A stretch of 64,000 nt of DNA, taken from contig CAWBVY010000010.1 in the NCBI GenBank assembly GCA_963792415.1, forward strand, positions 1-64,000, read 5' to 3'. Shown here piece by piece: positions 1 to 11,446 of the stretch. The notes under the pieces were generated by a model. That model had not been told where the DNA came from, searched no databases, and worked only from the letters and a program-made list of their open reading frames with translations. This DNA is from Candidatus Deferrimicrobiaceae bacterium. Its GTDB lineage: Bacteria; Desulfobacterota; Deferrimicrobia; Deferrimicrobiales; Deferrimicrobiaceae. The first letter of the stretch is position 1; every line of letters starts with the position of its first letter. A program made the position numbers and the translations under genes.

Positions 1-261
1 CTCCCCGGCCCAGGAGAGCTTCCTCCCGCGGGGCATTCTCTTGAGGGCCGCCTCCGCCCGGCACGCCTCCGACCGGCTCCCGAAGGGGGCGCACCGCAGC
101 AGCGCGACCGGCGGGTTCGCCCGCGTGAACGCGGCCCCCTTCCCGGCGCGGTGCGCCTCGTACCGCGCCTTCGGGTCGATCGCCGTCCCGGTGTAGATCC
201 TCCCGCCCCGGCACGCGATCATGTACACCCACCAGATGACTTCCCGCTTCCCCCGCTTCAC
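1..261 (-). CDS. GIY-YIG nuclease family protein (UPF0213-like), runs off window edge
   Basis: Manual translation from GTG at 261: ...WWVYMIACRGGRIYTGTAIDPKARYEAHRAGKGAAFTRANPP...SRSEACRAEAALKR. Not in the ORF track because no stop codon lies inside the window. Confidence 0.8.
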   Translation of the reverse strand, partial: MKRGKREVIWWVYMIACRGGRIYTGTAIDPKARYEAHRAGKGAAFTRANPPVALLRCAPFGSRSEACRAEAALKRMPRGRKLSWAGE

Positions 262-354
262 GGCTCCATCTTCGCACCCGAAGGACCCGACATATATTAA
301 AATCATGCCACCCGGTCCGGAACGAAAACCGGACGGAAGGGGACGGAGGCGATA

Positions 355-912
355 GTGAACGGCACGCTGATCGCGGCAGCGGTACTCGCCTCGCTCTCCG
401 GCCTCCTGGCCTGGCTCTACAACCGGCTGGTGCGGCTCCGGAACCTTTCCCGCTCCTCCTGGTCGGACATCGACGTCCTCCTGAAGAAGCGGCACGACCT
501 TGTGGAAAACCTGGTCGAGACCGTGAAGGGGTACGCGGGGTACGAACAGGCCACCCTGCTGGGGGTCACCGAGGCCCGCGCCCGGGCGGTCCGGGCCGCG
601 GGGCCGGCCGACCGGGGGAAGGAAGAGGCCGTCCTCGGGGAACGGGTTTCCTCCCTGTTCGCCGTGGCGGAACGGTACCCGGCGCTCAAGGCCAGCGAAG
701 GGTACCTCCTGCTCCAGAAGCAGTTCGTCGAGATCGAGAACGGCATCGAGTACGCCCGCCGGTACTACAACGCCGTCGTCCGGGACTACAACACCGCGAC
801 GGAGACGTTCCCCTCCAACCTGGTCGCCCCCCTGTTCGGCTTCCGGGGGGCGGAGTACTTCCGGCTCGACTCCCCGGCGGAGCGCGAGAGGGTTGATGCC
901 CGCATGTCGTGA
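355..912 (+). CDS. lemA: LemA family protein
   Basis: N-terminal TM, YNRLV, DIDVLLKKRHDLVENLVETVKGY, ARRYYNAVVRDYN and FPSNLVA motifs. Confidence 0.9.
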   Translation: MNGTLIAAAVLASLSGLLAWLYNRLVRLRNLSRSSWSDIDVLLKKRHDLVENLVETVKGYAGYEQATLLGVTEARARAVRAAGPADRGKEEAVLGERVSSLFAVAERYPALKASEGYLLLQKQFVEIENGIEYARRYYNAVVRDYNTATETFPSNLVAPLFGFRGAEYFRLDSPAERERVDARMS

Positions 913-2698
913 GGCCGGCGGCACCTGCCCGTCCGCGGGGCGGGAGACGTCCGCCCGCGCGCGGACTTCCCCGCTCCTCCTGCCGGTCCTCCTGTCGCTG
1001 CTGCTCCTCCTCCTTCCCGCGCCGTCCCGGGCGGAAGATTTTTCGATCACGTCGTTCCGGTCCGACATCGAGGTCCGGGACGACGCCTCCCTCCGGATCA
1101 CCGAGACGATCGACACGGTCTTCCACCGGCAGCGCCACGGACTGTACCGGGACATCCCGTTCCGGTACACCGACGAACTCGGGAAGACGTCCTACACGCC
1201 GGTCCGGGGGATCTCGGTGCGGGACGCGTCCGGCAACCCGTGGAAGCACAAGGTGGAACGGAGCGGGGGGTTCGTGAGGGTCCGGATCGGCGATCCCGGA
1301 AAGTTCGTGGAGGGGCGGCAGGTGTACGTCGTCGAATACACGGTGGAGAACGCGGTCCTCCCCTTCCCGGACCACGACGAGCTCTACTGGAACCTCACGG
1401 GGAACGGCTGGGACGTGCCGATCGGGTCGGTCTCCGCCCACGTGGACGTCGCGGCCGGAGACCGCTCCCTGGAGCTGCGCACCCGCTGCTACACCGGTCC
1501 CCGGGGCTCCCGCGAGCAGGCGTGCACGGCTTCCCCCTTCCCGAACGGGGCGACCTTCGCTTCGACCCGCGCGTTCGGGCCCCGGGAAGGGATGACCGTC
1601 GTCCTCGGGTGGGAAAAGGGGGTCGTCCGGCCGGCGTCCCCCTGGAAGACGACCGCCTTCCGGCTCAACCTCTCCGAGAACTGGGTCTTCCTGGCCCCCC
1701 TGCTCACGCTCGCCTTCATGCTGGTCCGCTGGTACCGGGAAGGGAGGGACCCGTCCGCGGGCGGCCCGCGGGTCGTCGCGTACGGTCCGCCGGAGGAGAA
1801 CGGCCGCCCCCTCCTGCCCGCGGAGATGGGGGTGCTCCTCGACGAGCGGCTCGACCCCAGGGACATCACCGCGTCCGTGGTCAACCTCGCCGTGAAGGGG
1901 CAGATCACGATCGAGGAGAGGGTGACCCCGGGCCTCCTGTTCGACAGGACCGACTACGTCCTGCGGAAGGCGAAGGGGGCCCGCGCGGCGCTTCCTCCCT
2001 TCGAGCTGCTGCTGCTGGAAAAGCTTTTCCAGGGGCACGGGGACGAGGTGAGCGTCTCCGACCTCAAGCAGGACTTCTTCCGGCACGTCGTGGATCTGAA
2101 GAAGTCCGCGTTCGGGGAACTGGAAGGGTTGAAGCTCTTCGGGGCGAACCCGCTGGCCGTCACGGAGAAGTACCGGATCAAGGGGTTCCTCATCGCCTTC
2201 GCGGGCGGCGGCCTCGCGCTGCTCGCCTCGAAGATCGGCCTGGCGGGGGGCACCTCCCCCGTCGTCGCCGCCGTCCTCTGCGGGGTCATCGTGTTCCTGT
2301 TCGCCCCCTTCATGCCGGTCAAGACCGTGAAGGGGGTGAGGAAGCTGCGGGAGATCCTGGGGTTCGAGGAGTTCCTCTCCAGGACGGAGAAGGACCGGCT
2401 GGAGCGGATGAAGGACGCCAACCTGTTCGAGAGGTGCCTCCCGTACGCGATCGCGCTGGGGGTCTCCGAGCGGTGGGCGAAGGCGTTCGAGGGGATCCAG
2501 CAGGAGCCGCCCCGCTGGTACGTCTCCCGCGGCGGGTTCGACACGTTCCGGCCGGCCGCCTTCCACCACTCGCTGGACACCGCCCTCTCCTCCATGGCCG
2601 CGGCGATGCAGTCGTCTCCCCGCAGCGGCGGGAGCGGGTTTTCGGGAGGGGGAGGATCCGGGGGCGGGGGCGGAGGGGGAGGCGGGGGGAGCTGGTAG
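893..2698 (+). CDS. DUF2207 family membrane protein
   Basis: Signal peptide, [12 protein letters not shown] motif, several TMs, LPYAIALGV motif and Gly-rich tail ending GGGSW; typical LemA neighbour. Exact start uncertain. Confidence 0.85.
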   Translation: MMPACREAGGTCPSAGRETSARARTSPLLLPVLLSLLLLLLPAPSRAEDFSITSFRSDIEVRDDASLRITETIDTVFHRQRHGLYRDIPFRYTDELGKTSYTPVRGISVRDASGNPWKHKVERSGGFVRVRIGDPGKFVEGRQVYVVEYTVENAVLPFPDHDELYWNLTGNGWDVPIGSVSAHVDVAAGDRSLELRTRCYTGPRGSREQACTASPFPNGATFASTRAFGPREGMTVVLGWEKGVVRPASPWKTTAFRLNLSENWVFLAPLLTLAFMLVRWYREGRDPSAGGPRVVAYGPPEENGRPLLPAEMGVLLDERLDPRDITASVVNLAVKGQITIEERVTPGLLFDRTDYVLRKAKGARAALPPFELLLLEKLFQGHGDEVSVSDLKQDFFRHVVDLKKSAFGELEGLKLFGANPLAVTEKYRIKGFLIAFAGGGLALLASKIGLAGGTSPVVAAVLCGVIVFLFAPFMPVKTVKGVRKLREILGFEEFLSRTEKDRLERMKDANLFERCLPYAIALGVSERWAKAFEGIQQEPPRWYVSRGGFDTFRPAAFHHSLDTALSSMAAAMQSSPRSGGSGFSGGGGSGGGGGGGGGGSW

Positions 2699-2804
2699 CG
2701 GGCCCGCGACACGGGCTCGCGCCCTCCTTGACGTTTCGTCCCCGCGGGACTATCTTCTGGGTGTTTCCCGCCCCCCTGATCCCACCTTCGGAAGGAGCCG
2801 CCCG

Positions 2805-4427
2805 ATGCCGGAATTTTCCTACCAGGACCCGTTTCCGCTGGGGAAGGACGACGCCAACTACCGCCTCCTGACGAAAGAGCACGTATCGGTGGCGAAGTTC
2901 GACGGGAAGGAGATCCTGAAGGTCGACCCGGAGGGGCTCGCGTTCCTCGCGAACCAGGCGATGCGCGACGTCTCCTTCCTCCTGCGCCCCTCCCACAACG
3001 AGAAGGTCGCCGCGATCCTGGCCGACCCCGAGGCGTCCCCCAACGACCGCGGGGTGGCGGTCGCGATGCTGCGGAACGCCGAGGTGTCCGCCAACTTCGT
3101 CCTCCCGTTCTGCCAGGACACGGGGACCGCGACGATCGTCGGGAAGAAGGGGCAGCAGGTGTGGACCGGCGCCCGCGACGAGGAGTACCTCTCCAAGGGC
3201 GTCCACAAGACGTACACGGAGGAGAACCTCCGGTACTCCCAGACGGTCCCCCTCGACATGTACGAGGAAGTCAACTCGGGGACGAATCTCCCCGCACAGA
3301 TCGACCTCTACGCGACCGAAGGGATGGAGTACAAGTTCCTCTTCGTCGCGAAGGGGGGCGGGTCCGCGAACAAGACGTACCTCTTCCAGGAGACCAAGGC
3401 GCTCCTCAACCCCGGCACCCTCGAGAAGTTCCTCGTCGAGAAGATGAAGACGCTCGGGACCGCGGCGTGCCCGCCGTACCACCTCGCGTTCGTCGTCGGG
3501 GGGACGTCGGCCGAGGCGGCCCTGAAAACCGTCAAGCTCGCCTCCACCGGCTACCTCGACCACCTGCCGACGATGGGGAACAAGGGGGGCCAGGCGTTCC
3601 GGGACCACGCGATGGAGGAGAAGCTCTTCGTCGCCGCGCGGAAGTCCGGCTACGGGGCGCAGTTCGGCGGGAAATATTTCGCGCACGACGTGCGGGTCGT
3701 CCGGCTGCCGCGCCACGGCGCGTCGTGCCCGGTCGCGATGGGCGTCTCCTGCTCGGCCGACCGGAACGTGAAGGCGAAGATCACCAGGGACGGGATCTGG
3801 CTCGAGGAGCTCGACCGGAACCCGGGCCGCCTGATCCCGGCGAAGTACCGCGGGAAGCACGAGCACGGCGTCGTGAAGGTGGACCTGAACCGGCCGATGA
3901 AGGAGATCCTCGCGGAGCTGTCGAAGTACCCGGTCACCACGCAGCTCTCCCTCACCGGGACGATCATCGTCGGCCGCGACATCGCCCACGCGAAGCTGAA
4001 GGAGCGGATCGACCAGGGGAAGGGGCTGCCGCAGTACCTGAAGGACCACCCGATCTACTACGCCGGCCCGGCGAAGACCCCCAAGGGGATGCCGTCGGGC
4101 TCCTTCGGCCCCACCACCGCGGGGAGGATGGACTCCTACGTCGACCTGCTCCAGTCCCACGGCGGGTCGATGGTGATGATCGCGAAGGGGAACCGGAGCA
4201 AGGCGGTGACCGACGCGTGCAAGAAGCACGGCGGCTTCTACCTCGGGTCGATCGGCGGCCCGGCGGCGCTGCTCGCGCAGGAGAACATCCGGAAGGTCGA
4301 GGTGCTGGAATACCCGGAGCTCGGGATGGAGGCGATCTGGAAGATCGAGGTCGAGGAGTTCCCGGCGTTCATCCTGGTCGACGACAAGGGGAACGACTTC
4401 TTCCAGCAGATCGCCTGCTCGGGCTGA
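2805..4427 (+). CDS. fumA: Fumarate hydratase, class I (Fe-S)
   Basis: [21 protein letters not shown] and GPTTAGRMD motifs; 540 aa. Confidence 0.95.
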   Translation: MPEFSYQDPFPLGKDDANYRLLTKEHVSVAKFDGKEILKVDPEGLAFLANQAMRDVSFLLRPSHNEKVAAILADPEASPNDRGVAVAMLRNAEVSANFVLPFCQDTGTATIVGKKGQQVWTGARDEEYLSKGVHKTYTEENLRYSQTVPLDMYEEVNSGTNLPAQIDLYATEGMEYKFLFVAKGGGSANKTYLFQETKALLNPGTLEKFLVEKMKTLGTAACPPYHLAFVVGGTSAEAALKTVKLASTGYLDHLPTMGNKGGQAFRDHAMEEKLFVAARKSGYGAQFGGKYFAHDVRVVRLPRHGASCPVAMGVSCSADRNVKAKITRDGIWLEELDRNPGRLIPAKYRGKHEHGVVKVDLNRPMKEILAELSKYPVTTQLSLTGTIIVGRDIAHAKLKERIDQGKGLPQYLKDHPIYYAGPAKTPKGMPSGSFGPTTAGRMDSYVDLLQSHGGSMVMIAKGNRSKAVTDACKKHGGFYLGSIGGPAALLAQENIRKVEVLEYPELGMEAIWKIEVEEFPAFILVDDKGNDFFQQIACSG

Positions 4428-4457
4428 CCGCCCGGCTCGCGGAAGACGAGAAGACGG

Positions 4458-4490
4458 GGCCGGGCGGACGGGATGCCGCCCGGCCTTTTT
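4458..4490 (+). terminator. Rho-independent terminator after fumarate hydratase
   Basis: GGCCGGGCGG-N8-CCGCCCGGCC followed by TTTTT. Confidence 0.75.
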
Positions 4491-4532
4491 CCCGCCGGCG
4501 GAACGGTTGTCGCGCCCCGGCCGGCGGCCCGC

Positions 4533-4736
4533 TCACTTCCCCTGTTTTCTGCGCGCCGTGACCGTCTCCCCGGCGACCCCCCAGTTGTCGGTCTCGACCT
4601 CCTCGATCAGGACCATCGTGGTCGCGGGGTTCTTCCCCAGCACGTCCACCAGCAGCTTCGTCACTCCGCGGATGACTTCGGCCTTCTTCTCCGGCGTCAC
4701 GCCGTCCCGGGTGATCTTGATGTTCACGAAAGGCAT
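4533..4736 (-). CDS. 4-oxalocrotonate tautomerase family protein
   Basis: MPFVNIKITRDGVTPEKK...WGVAGE: catalytic Pro after Met, 67 aa. Confidence 0.9.
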   Translation of the reverse strand: MPFVNIKITRDGVTPEKKAEVIRGVTKLLVDVLGKNPATTMVLIEEVETDNWGVAGETVTARRKQGK

Positions 4737-4828
4737 TGCAGGGCACCTCCGGTTCGATTTACCACGCCTTGATTATGCAACGGACGGGGCCCCCGGCGGT
4801 ACCACCGGGCGACCCCGTCCCGCCCCGC

Positions 4829-5377
4829 TTATTTCAGCACGTAGGAGAACGTGGCGCTCCCCTTCTTGCCGGCGGATTCCACATCCGCCTGGAACGTGTA
4901 CTTCCCGGGGGTCGGCATGGCGACGTCCGCGCCGATGTGCGCCCCCATCACGACGAGCGTGACCTTCGAGGAGGACGCCTTGTCGGGGCCCGTGACGACG
5001 ACCTTCCCCGCCGTTGCGGTGACGGCCTTCCTGGTCGCCGGATCGGTGAGGAACAGCATCAGGTGGCGCTGGCCGGCGAACTTGGCGGAGTTCTTGGCCG
5101 ACACGCCGGACTTCTCCATCTGCGCCTTCATGTCGACCAGGCGAGCCTCCGCCGTCCAGGGACCCACCTTCCCGGAGAAGATCTTCTCCCCCATATCCAT
5201 GTCGTGCCCGCCCGACTTCGCGGGCATGTCGCCGTGTCCTTCCATCTTCATGTCGCCGTGTCCTTCCATCTTCATCCCGGGCATCCCGCCTTGCCCCTTG
5301 TCTTCGGCCAGGGCGAGCGACGACATCGCCACGAACGAAAGGACCACCATCCAAACCACGAAATGCTTCGTCTTCAT
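4829..5377 (-). CDS. Secreted Met/His-rich hypothetical protein, putative metal-binding periplasmic protein
   Basis: Signal peptide (ALA-E), MPGMKMEGHGDMKMEGHGDM segment, beta-rich C-terminal domain; directly downstream of cusA-like gene. Confidence 0.7.
   Translation of the reverse strand: MKTKHFVVWMVVLSFVAMSSLALAEDKGQGGMPGMKMEGHGDMKMEGHGDMPAKSGGHDMDMGEKIFSGKVGPWTAEARLVDMKAQMEKSGVSAKNSAKFAGQRHLMLFLTDPATRKAVTATAGKVVVTGPDKASSSKVTLVVMGAHIGADVAMPTPGKYTFQADVESAGKKGSATFSYVLK
5228..5275. repeat. 24-bp perfect tandem duplication encoding MKMEGHGD x2
   Basis: gtcgccgtgtccttccatcttcat at 5228-5251 and 5252-5275. Confidence 0.85.
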
Positions 5378-5476
5378 TTTCCATGCCTCCTTGTTTCGCA
5401 GGTTATTTCCGGCCGCGGGTGTTTCCGCGCCGGCACGACACTTCCGGTTCCTTTCCCCCCCGGGATCGCGTTTCCT

Positions 5477-8400
5477 CTACCCGGTTTCCCCCGTCGGGGG
5501 GGCGGGCAACGCATCGGGCGAAGTTCTTTTCTCGGAACGGTCCAGACCTTTCTGCTTCAGGAACTCGTAGATCACGGGGTAGACGAGGAGCTCCATGAGG
5601 ACGGAGGTGACCACGCCTCCCACCATCGGCGCGGCGATCCGCTTCATCACGTCGGATCCGGTCCCCGTGCTCCACATGATGGGGATGAGTCCCGCGATGA
5701 TGACCGAGGCCGTCATCACCTTCGGGCGGATCCGCTTCACCGCCCCGTCGATGATCGCCTCCTTCAGGTCCCCCATCGTATTCATGAGTTTTTCCCGCTT
5801 CATCTTCTCGTAGGCCACCTCGAGGTACAGGAGCATCACCACGCCCGTCTCGGCGTCGAGCCCCGCGAGGGCGATGATCCCGACCCAGACGGCGACGGAC
5901 AGGTTGAAGCCGAGAAGGTAGATGAACCAGAAGGCTCCCACGAGGGAGAAGGGGACCGCGAGGAGCACGATCGCCGTCTTGACCAGCGACTTCGTGTTCA
6001 TGTAGATGATCAGGAAGACGATGAGGAGCGTGAGCGGGATGACGACCATCAGGCGTTTGCTCGCCCGCTCCATGTACTCGAACTGCCCGCTCCACACCAG
6101 GCTGTAGCCGGCGGGGAGCTTGATGTTCTTCCGGACCGCTTCCCGGGCGTTCTTGACGTAGGTCCCCAGGTCGATTCCGCGGATGTCGACGTAGATCCAG
6201 ACCGTCCGGCGGGCGTTCTCGCTCTTGATGCTCGCGGGCCCCTTGTGGATCGAGATGTCCGCCAGCTGCCCCAGCGGAACCTGGGCTCCACCGGGGGTCG
6301 GTACGAGGATGCGCCGCATCGACTCGGGATTGTCGCGGAGCTCCTCGGGGTAGCGGACGTTCACGGGATACCGTTCCAGCCCCTCCACGGTGGTCGTCAC
6401 GTTCATCCCCCCCAGGGCGGACATGATCACGTCCTGGACGTCGCCGACGGTGAGGCCGTACCGCGCCGCCTCCTCGCGGCGGATGTCGTAATCGAAGTAG
6501 TTCCCGCCCGTGATCCGCTCGGAGTAGGCCGACAAGGTGCCCGGCACCTTGGAGACAACGGCCTCGACCTGTTCCCCGAGGCTCGCGAGGGTGTCGAGGT
6601 CGTCCCCCATGATCTTGATCCCCACCGGCGTCTTGATCCCGGTGGCGAGCATGTCGATGCGCGTCTTGATCGGCATCGTCCAGGCGTTGGTCACCCCGGG
6701 AAACCGGATCGCCGCGTTCAACTCCTCCACGAGCTTCTCGTGGGTCATCCCCTTCCGCCACTCCTTCTCCGGCTTGAGGGTGATCGTCGTCTCGAGCATA
6801 CTCAGGGGCGCCGGATCGGTGGCGGTCTCCGCCCGTCCGATCTTCCCGAAGACGCGCTCCACCTCGGGGAAGGTGCGTATGATCCGGTCGGTCTGCTGGA
6901 GCAGCTCCTTCGCCTTGGTGATCGAGATCCCCGGAAGGGTCGTCGGCATGTAGAGCAGGTCCCCCTCGTACAGGGGGGGCATGAACTCCGTGCCGATCTT
7001 CATTACCGGGTACGCCGTGACCGCGACCACCGCGACCGCCCCGATCAGGATGCTTTTCTTGTACTTGAGCGCCCACTCGAGCACGGGATGGTAGACGCGG
7101 ATCAGGAACCGGTTGATCGGGTTCCTCTCCTCCGGCCGGATCTTCCCCCGGATGAAGAAGCCCATCCAGATGGGGACGACCGTGATCGAGAGCAGCGCCG
7201 CCGCCGCCATGGAGTAGGTCTTGGTGAAGGCGAGGGGCTTGAAGAGCCGTCCCTCCTGGGCCTCCAGGGTGAACACCGGCAGGAAGGAGACCGTGATCAC
7301 GAGGAGGGAGTAGAAGAGGGTGGGACCCACTTCCTTCGATGCGTCGACAACGAGGTCCCAGTGGCTCCGCTTCCCGTCGTCGTGCTCCATGTGCTTGTGC
7401 ATGTTCTCGATCATGATGATCGCCGCGTCCACCATGGCGCCGATGGCGATCGCGATCCCGCTCAACGACATGATGTTCGCGTTGAGGCCCTGGTAGTACA
7501 TGACGATGAAGGCCATGAGGACCGCGAGCGGCAGCGTCAGGATCGCCACGAGGGCGCTCCGGAAGTGGAGCAGGAAGAGGATGCAGACCAGCGCCACGAC
7601 CAGCGACTCTTCCAGGAGCTTCCCCTTCAACGTCTCGATCGCCCGCTCGATGAGCCCCGACCGGTCGTAGGTCGGGACGATCTCCACGCCCTCGGGGAGG
7701 CCCGCCTTGAGATCCTCGAGCTTCTTCTTCACGTTCTGGATCGTGGTGAGGGCGTTCTCGCCGAAGCGCATGATGACCACGCCGCCGGCGACGTCCCCCT
7801 CGCCGTCCAGGTCGGCGATCCCCCGGCGCAGCTCGGGCCCCAGGCGCACGTCCGCCACGTCGCGCAGGAGAACCGGGGTGCCCCGGTCGCTCGACAAGGG
7901 GATGTTCCTCAGGTCGTCCAGCGTCTTGATGTACCCGAGGCCCCGGACCATGAACTCCGTCTCCGCCATCTCCACGAGGCGTCCGCCCACGTCGTTGTTG
8001 CTCCGCTGGATCGCCATCCGGACCTTCTGGATCGGGATCCCGTACGCGGCGAGCCTGTCGGGGTGGACGACCACCTGGTACTGCTTCACCATCCCGCCGA
8101 TCGAGGCGACTTCGGAGACCCCGTCCACCGCGGTCAATTCATACCGGAGGAACCAGTCCTGAAGGGATCGGAGCTTCGCGAGGTCGTTCTTCCCCGTCCT
8201 GTCGACGAGGGCGTATTCGTACACCCACCCGACCCCGGTGGCGTCGGGCCCCAGGGTGGGAGTCACGCCTGCGGGGAGCCGCTTGGAGGCGAAGTTCAGG
8301 TATTCGAGGACCCGGCTCCGCGCCCAGTAGATGTCGGTGCCGTCCTCGAAGAGGATGTACACGAACGAAATCCCGAAGAAGGAGTAGCCGCGGACCACCT

Positions 8401-8638
8401 TCGCCTTGGGAACGGCGAGCATCGCGGTGGTGAGCGGGTAGGTGACCTGCTCCTCGACGATCCGGGGACCCTGGCCGGGGTATTCCGTGAACACGATGAC
8501 CTGGACGTCGGAGAGGTCCGGGATGGCGTCCAGCGGGATCCGGTACATCGCCCAGATCCCCCAGGCGGCGAGAAACACCGTCGCGAGGATGACGAGGAAC
8601 TTGTTCCGGACCGACGCCTCGATGATTCGTCCGAGCAC
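5477..8638 (-). CDS. cusA: CusA/SilA-type heavy-metal efflux RND permease
   Basis: 1053 aa; DAIPDLSDVQVI, GPDATGVGWVYEY, EFMPPLYEGDLLYMP, AWTMPIKTRIDML and AETGVVM motifs of the Cu/Ag HME4 subfamily. Confidence 0.93.
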   Translation of the reverse strand: MLGRIIEASVRNKFLVILATVFLAAWGIWAMYRIPLDAIPDLSDVQVIVFTEYPGQGPRIVEEQVTYPLTTAMLAVPKAKVVRGYSFFGISFVYILFEDGTDIYWARSRVLEYLNFASKRLPAGVTPTLGPDATGVGWVYEYALVDRTGKNDLAKLRSLQDWFLRYELTAVDGVSEVASIGGMVKQYQVVVHPDRLAAYGIPIQKVRMAIQRSNNDVGGRLVEMAETEFMVRGLGYIKTLDDLRNIPLSSDRGTPVLLRDVADVRLGPELRRGIADLDGEGDVAGGVVIMRFGENALTTIQNVKKKLEDLKAGLPEGVEIVPTYDRSGLIERAIETLKGKLLEESLVVALVCILFLLHFRSALVAILTLPLAVLMAFIVMYYQGLNANIMSLSGIAIAIGAMVDAAIIMIENMHKHMEHDDGKRSHWDLVVDASKEVGPTLFYSLLVITVSFLPVFTLEAQEGRLFKPLAFTKTYSMAAAALLSITVVPIWMGFFIRGKIRPEERNPINRFLIRVYHPVLEWALKYKKSILIGAVAVVAVTAYPVMKIGTEFMPPLYEGDLLYMPTTLPGISITKAKELLQQTDRIIRTFPEVERVFGKIGRAETATDPAPLSMLETTITLKPEKEWRKGMTHEKLVEELNAAIRFPGVTNAWTMPIKTRIDMLATGIKTPVGIKIMGDDLDTLASLGEQVEAVVSKVPGTLSAYSERITGGNYFDYDIRREEAARYGLTVGDVQDVIMSALGGMNVTTTVEGLERYPVNVRYPEELRDNPESMRRILVPTPGGAQVPLGQLADISIHKGPASIKSENARRTVWIYVDIRGIDLGTYVKNAREAVRKNIKLPAGYSLVWSGQFEYMERASKRLMVVIPLTLLIVFLIIYMNTKSLVKTAIVLLAVPFSLVGAFWFIYLLGFNLSVAVWVGIIALAGLDAETGVVMLLYLEVAYEKMKREKLMNTMGDLKEAIIDGAVKRIRPKVMTASVIIAGLIPIMWSTGTGSDVMKRIAAPMVGGVVTSVLMELLVYPVIYEFLKQKGLDRSEKRTSPDALPAPPTGETG

Positions 8639-8641
8639 GGC

Positions 8642-10119
8642 CTACCGCCCCTTCCCTTCTTCCGCCGGGGGCTCCATCCCGCCGGAGGGAGGCGAACCGG
8701 CCGCCCCTCCCTGGAACTTCTTCAGGGCCTCCTTCAGGCTGCTCTCCGAGTCGAGGAGGAACTGGGCGGACACCACGATCCGCTCGCCCCCCGAGAGGCC
8801 CGAAAGGACCTGGACCGTCCCCTCCTCGCCTTCCAGCCCGAGGGAAACCTCGCGGGGCTGGAACCGTCCTTCCCCCTTGGCGACGAACACGACGTTGCGC
8901 ACCCCCGAACGGATGACGGCGTCGGACGGGATCAGGACCGTCTTCCCCGCCACGCGCGGAGCCAGTTCCACGTGGGCGAACATGTCGGGCTTGAGCTGTA
9001 TGCCGGGGTTGACCAGCTCGATCCTCGCGGTCGCCGTTCTCGTCTTCCCGTCGAGGTAGGGATACACGTAGGACACCTTGCCGTGGAATTTCTTCCCGGG
9101 CAGGTAATCGAGCGTCACCGTGGCCGGCGTCCCCGGTTTCACCCAGGGTAGTTCGTATTCGTACACGTCCGCCTGCACCCAGACGCGGGAGACGTCGGCG
9201 ATCCGGAAGAGCTCCATTCCCGTCATGACCCTCGTCCCGTCGAAGACCGCCTTGGACACCACCACGCCGTGGAAGGGAGAGTACAGGGTGAGGGTTTTCC
9301 GAACCTCCCCGGTCCGCTCCAGCGTTGCGATCTGGGCGTCGTCGATGTCCCAGTAGTCCAGACGCTTCCGGGCGGAGGCGAGCATCTCCCGGGCGCTCTT
9401 CACCACGTCGGGGAAGGGGCTGTCCTTCACCTTCTCGAGGTGCCCGCGGGCGATCAGGTATTCCTGCTGCGCCGACACGAGGTCGGGGGCGTAGATGTCG
9501 ATCAGCGGCTGTCCTTTGCGGACTTCCTGCCCCGTCGTATCGGCGTGAAGCTTCTCGATCCAGCCGTTGACCTTCGAATTGACGGACGTGATCCGGCTCT
9601 CGTCGTAGGCGACCTTCCCCACCGTCCGGATCGTCTTCTTGAGCTCCCCCGTGGTCACCGCCGCCGTCCGCACGCCGATCGACTGGACCGTGTTCGGGTC
9701 CACGCGGATCGTACCCTCCTCCCCCCTTCCTCCTCGTACACGGGGACCAGGTCCATCCCCATCGGGGATTTCCCGGGCTTTTCGCTGCGGTAGTTGGGGT
9801 CCATCGGGGCCACCCAGTACTTGATCTTCTTCTCCTTCGTCTCCCCGCCGGCCCCGGTCGATTGTCCCGAATCCGATCGGACGGGGGTGAGCGCCATCCC
9901 GCAGATCGGGCAGTCCCCCGGCTTGTCCGAAAGGACGAAGGGGTGCATCGCGCAGGTGTACTGCTGCTTCATCGCTTCGACGATATCCCCCGTTCCCTTT
10001 CCCGCCGCCGTGTGCACATGCCCGTCCCCCTTCGCAAGCCAGTACCAGGCGCCGGCGCCGCCGATCGCCGCGGCGACGAGCACCAGGAGAATCTGCGAAA
10101 CGATCTTCTTCGCGGTCAT
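8642..10119 (-). CDS. cusB: CusB-type periplasmic adaptor with N-terminal heavy-metal-binding domains; apparent 1-bp frameshift at the C6 run 9721-9726
   Basis: 5' part has YTCAMHP...CPICGMAL and YWVAPMDP...SPMGMDLVPVY; 3' part is a membrane-fusion protein. Adding one G to the G6 run joins them (VYEEEGGEEGTIRVDPN) into 492 aa. Confidence 0.85.
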
Positions 10120-10135
10120 TCCCGTGTCCTTTCCA

Positions 10136-11446
10136 TCAGAAGAGTTCCTTCCCCAGCACGAGTTCCAGCTCCGAGGTCCGGACCCCAAGCGTTTCGACGG
10201 TCTTTTCCCGGTCGATCTCCTGCTGGTAGAGCGCGATCTGCCCGAGCAGGACGGAGGCGAACTCGACCTGGCCGACCTCGTAGGCGGAACGCGAGGAGTT
10301 CACCGACTCCCTCGCCTGCGGGAGAAGGCCCGTGTCGAACAGGGAAAGGGTTTCCCGCTGCGCGGCGATGTCCGCCGCGATCTCCTGGAGGCGGTTCCGG
10401 ATCGCGTTCGAGGCGCTCTCGTAGCCGCTCTTCGCGGAAGAGAGCTCCCTTACGGACGCCTCCACTTCCCTGTCCTGCTTGCGCCCATGCCAGAGCGGAA
10501 GCGTGATCCCTACGGTCGCGCTGAAGAAATCCGGCCGGTCCCCGCCCATCGGGGTGTTCTCCCGCACCTTGTAGGCGCCGCCGACCAGGAAGTCGGGAAG
10601 GATCTGCTTCCTCGCGAGCGCGAGCGCCGCCTCCTTCTGGCGGGCGGCGTCCTCTTCCCTCCGGAGATCGGGATTCGAGGCCTTCGCCAGCTCGAGCAGC
10701 TCCGCCTCGTCGTACCGGATTTCCGGGACGTCGAAGGAAACGGGCAGCTCCACCGGATCCGTGACCGGGCGGTTCCGCAGGGTGTTCAGATCCGCCACGA
10801 GTTCCACGTTCCTTTTCCGGAGGGCGATCAGCATCTTCTCGAGGCGGGAGATCTCCACCTGGGCCTTGAAGAGGTCCTGCTGGGGCGCCTTCCCGACCGA
10901 GTACCGGGAGTTCGCTACGGCCAGGAACTCCCCGAGGAGCGCCTTGTTCTTCTCCGTGAGACGGGTCACCTCCCGGTTCTCCATCAGGAGGAAGAAGTCC
11001 CGCTTGACCTTGAACCGGATCAGGTTGCGCATGCTCTCCACCCGGTCCGATCCCTGGACGGCCGACAGCCGGGCGATCTCCTGCTTCAGGGAGCGCTTCC
11101 CGGGATACGGGATCGCCTGGAGGAATCCGATGTCCTTCGACGTCATGTCCGCCTTGTTGAGGGAGAAATCGTCCACGGGGACGTTCGAGAGGGAGAGGGA
11201 GAGCATCGGGTCGGGCAGTGCGCCCGCGGGAAGAACCCGCTGGTCGAGACCTTCCGCCGTCGACCGGAAGGAGGCGAGCTCCGGGTTCCGCTCCAGGGAC
11301 TCCCGGACGAGGTCCCCGAGAACGTCCGTCCCCTTCGCGGGCTCCCCCGCCATGGTGACGAAGGGGTGCCCGACAAGGACGAGGGCGACAAGGAGAGAAA
11401 GAAGGGTCGTCGCCGCCCGCCTCCTGTTCGTTCGATCCTTCACCAT
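10136..11446 (-). CDS. TolC/CusC-like outer membrane efflux protein
   Basis: NPEL, AGALPDPML, QAIPYPGKR and LPLW motifs; first gene before cusBA. Start chosen at ATG 11446 after GGAGG-like RBS. Confidence 0.88.
   Translation of the reverse strand: MVKDRTNRRRAATTLLSLLVALVLVGHPFVTMAGEPAKGTDVLGDLVRESLERNPELASFRSTAEGLDQRVLPAGALPDPMLSLSLSNVPVDDFSLNKADMTSKDIGFLQAIPYPGKRSLKQEIARLSAVQGSDRVESMRNLIRFKVKRDFFLLMENREVTRLTEKNKALLGEFLAVANSRYSVGKAPQQDLFKAQVEISRLEKMLIALRKRNVELVADLNTLRNRPVTDPVELPVSFDVPEIRYDEAELLELAKASNPDLRREEDAARQKEAALALARKQILPDFLVGGAYKVRENTPMGGDRPDFFSATVGITLPLWHGRKQDREVEASVRELSSAKSGYESASNAIRNRLQEIAADIAAQRETLSLFDTGLLPQARESVNSSRSAYEVGQVEFASVLLGQIALYQQEIDREKTVETLGVRTSELELVLGKELF

Noticed and set aside
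2600-2698. G-rich low-complexity tract
   Set aside because: Encodes the normal Gly-rich tail of DUF2207 proteins.
4736-9151. 1471-aa + strand ORF, and similar long ORFs at 9794-13492, 24793-27933, 39753-43097 and 60040-63945
   Set aside because: Antisense shadows of real genes caused by high-GC codon bias; Arg/Gly/His/Pro-rich with no family motifs.
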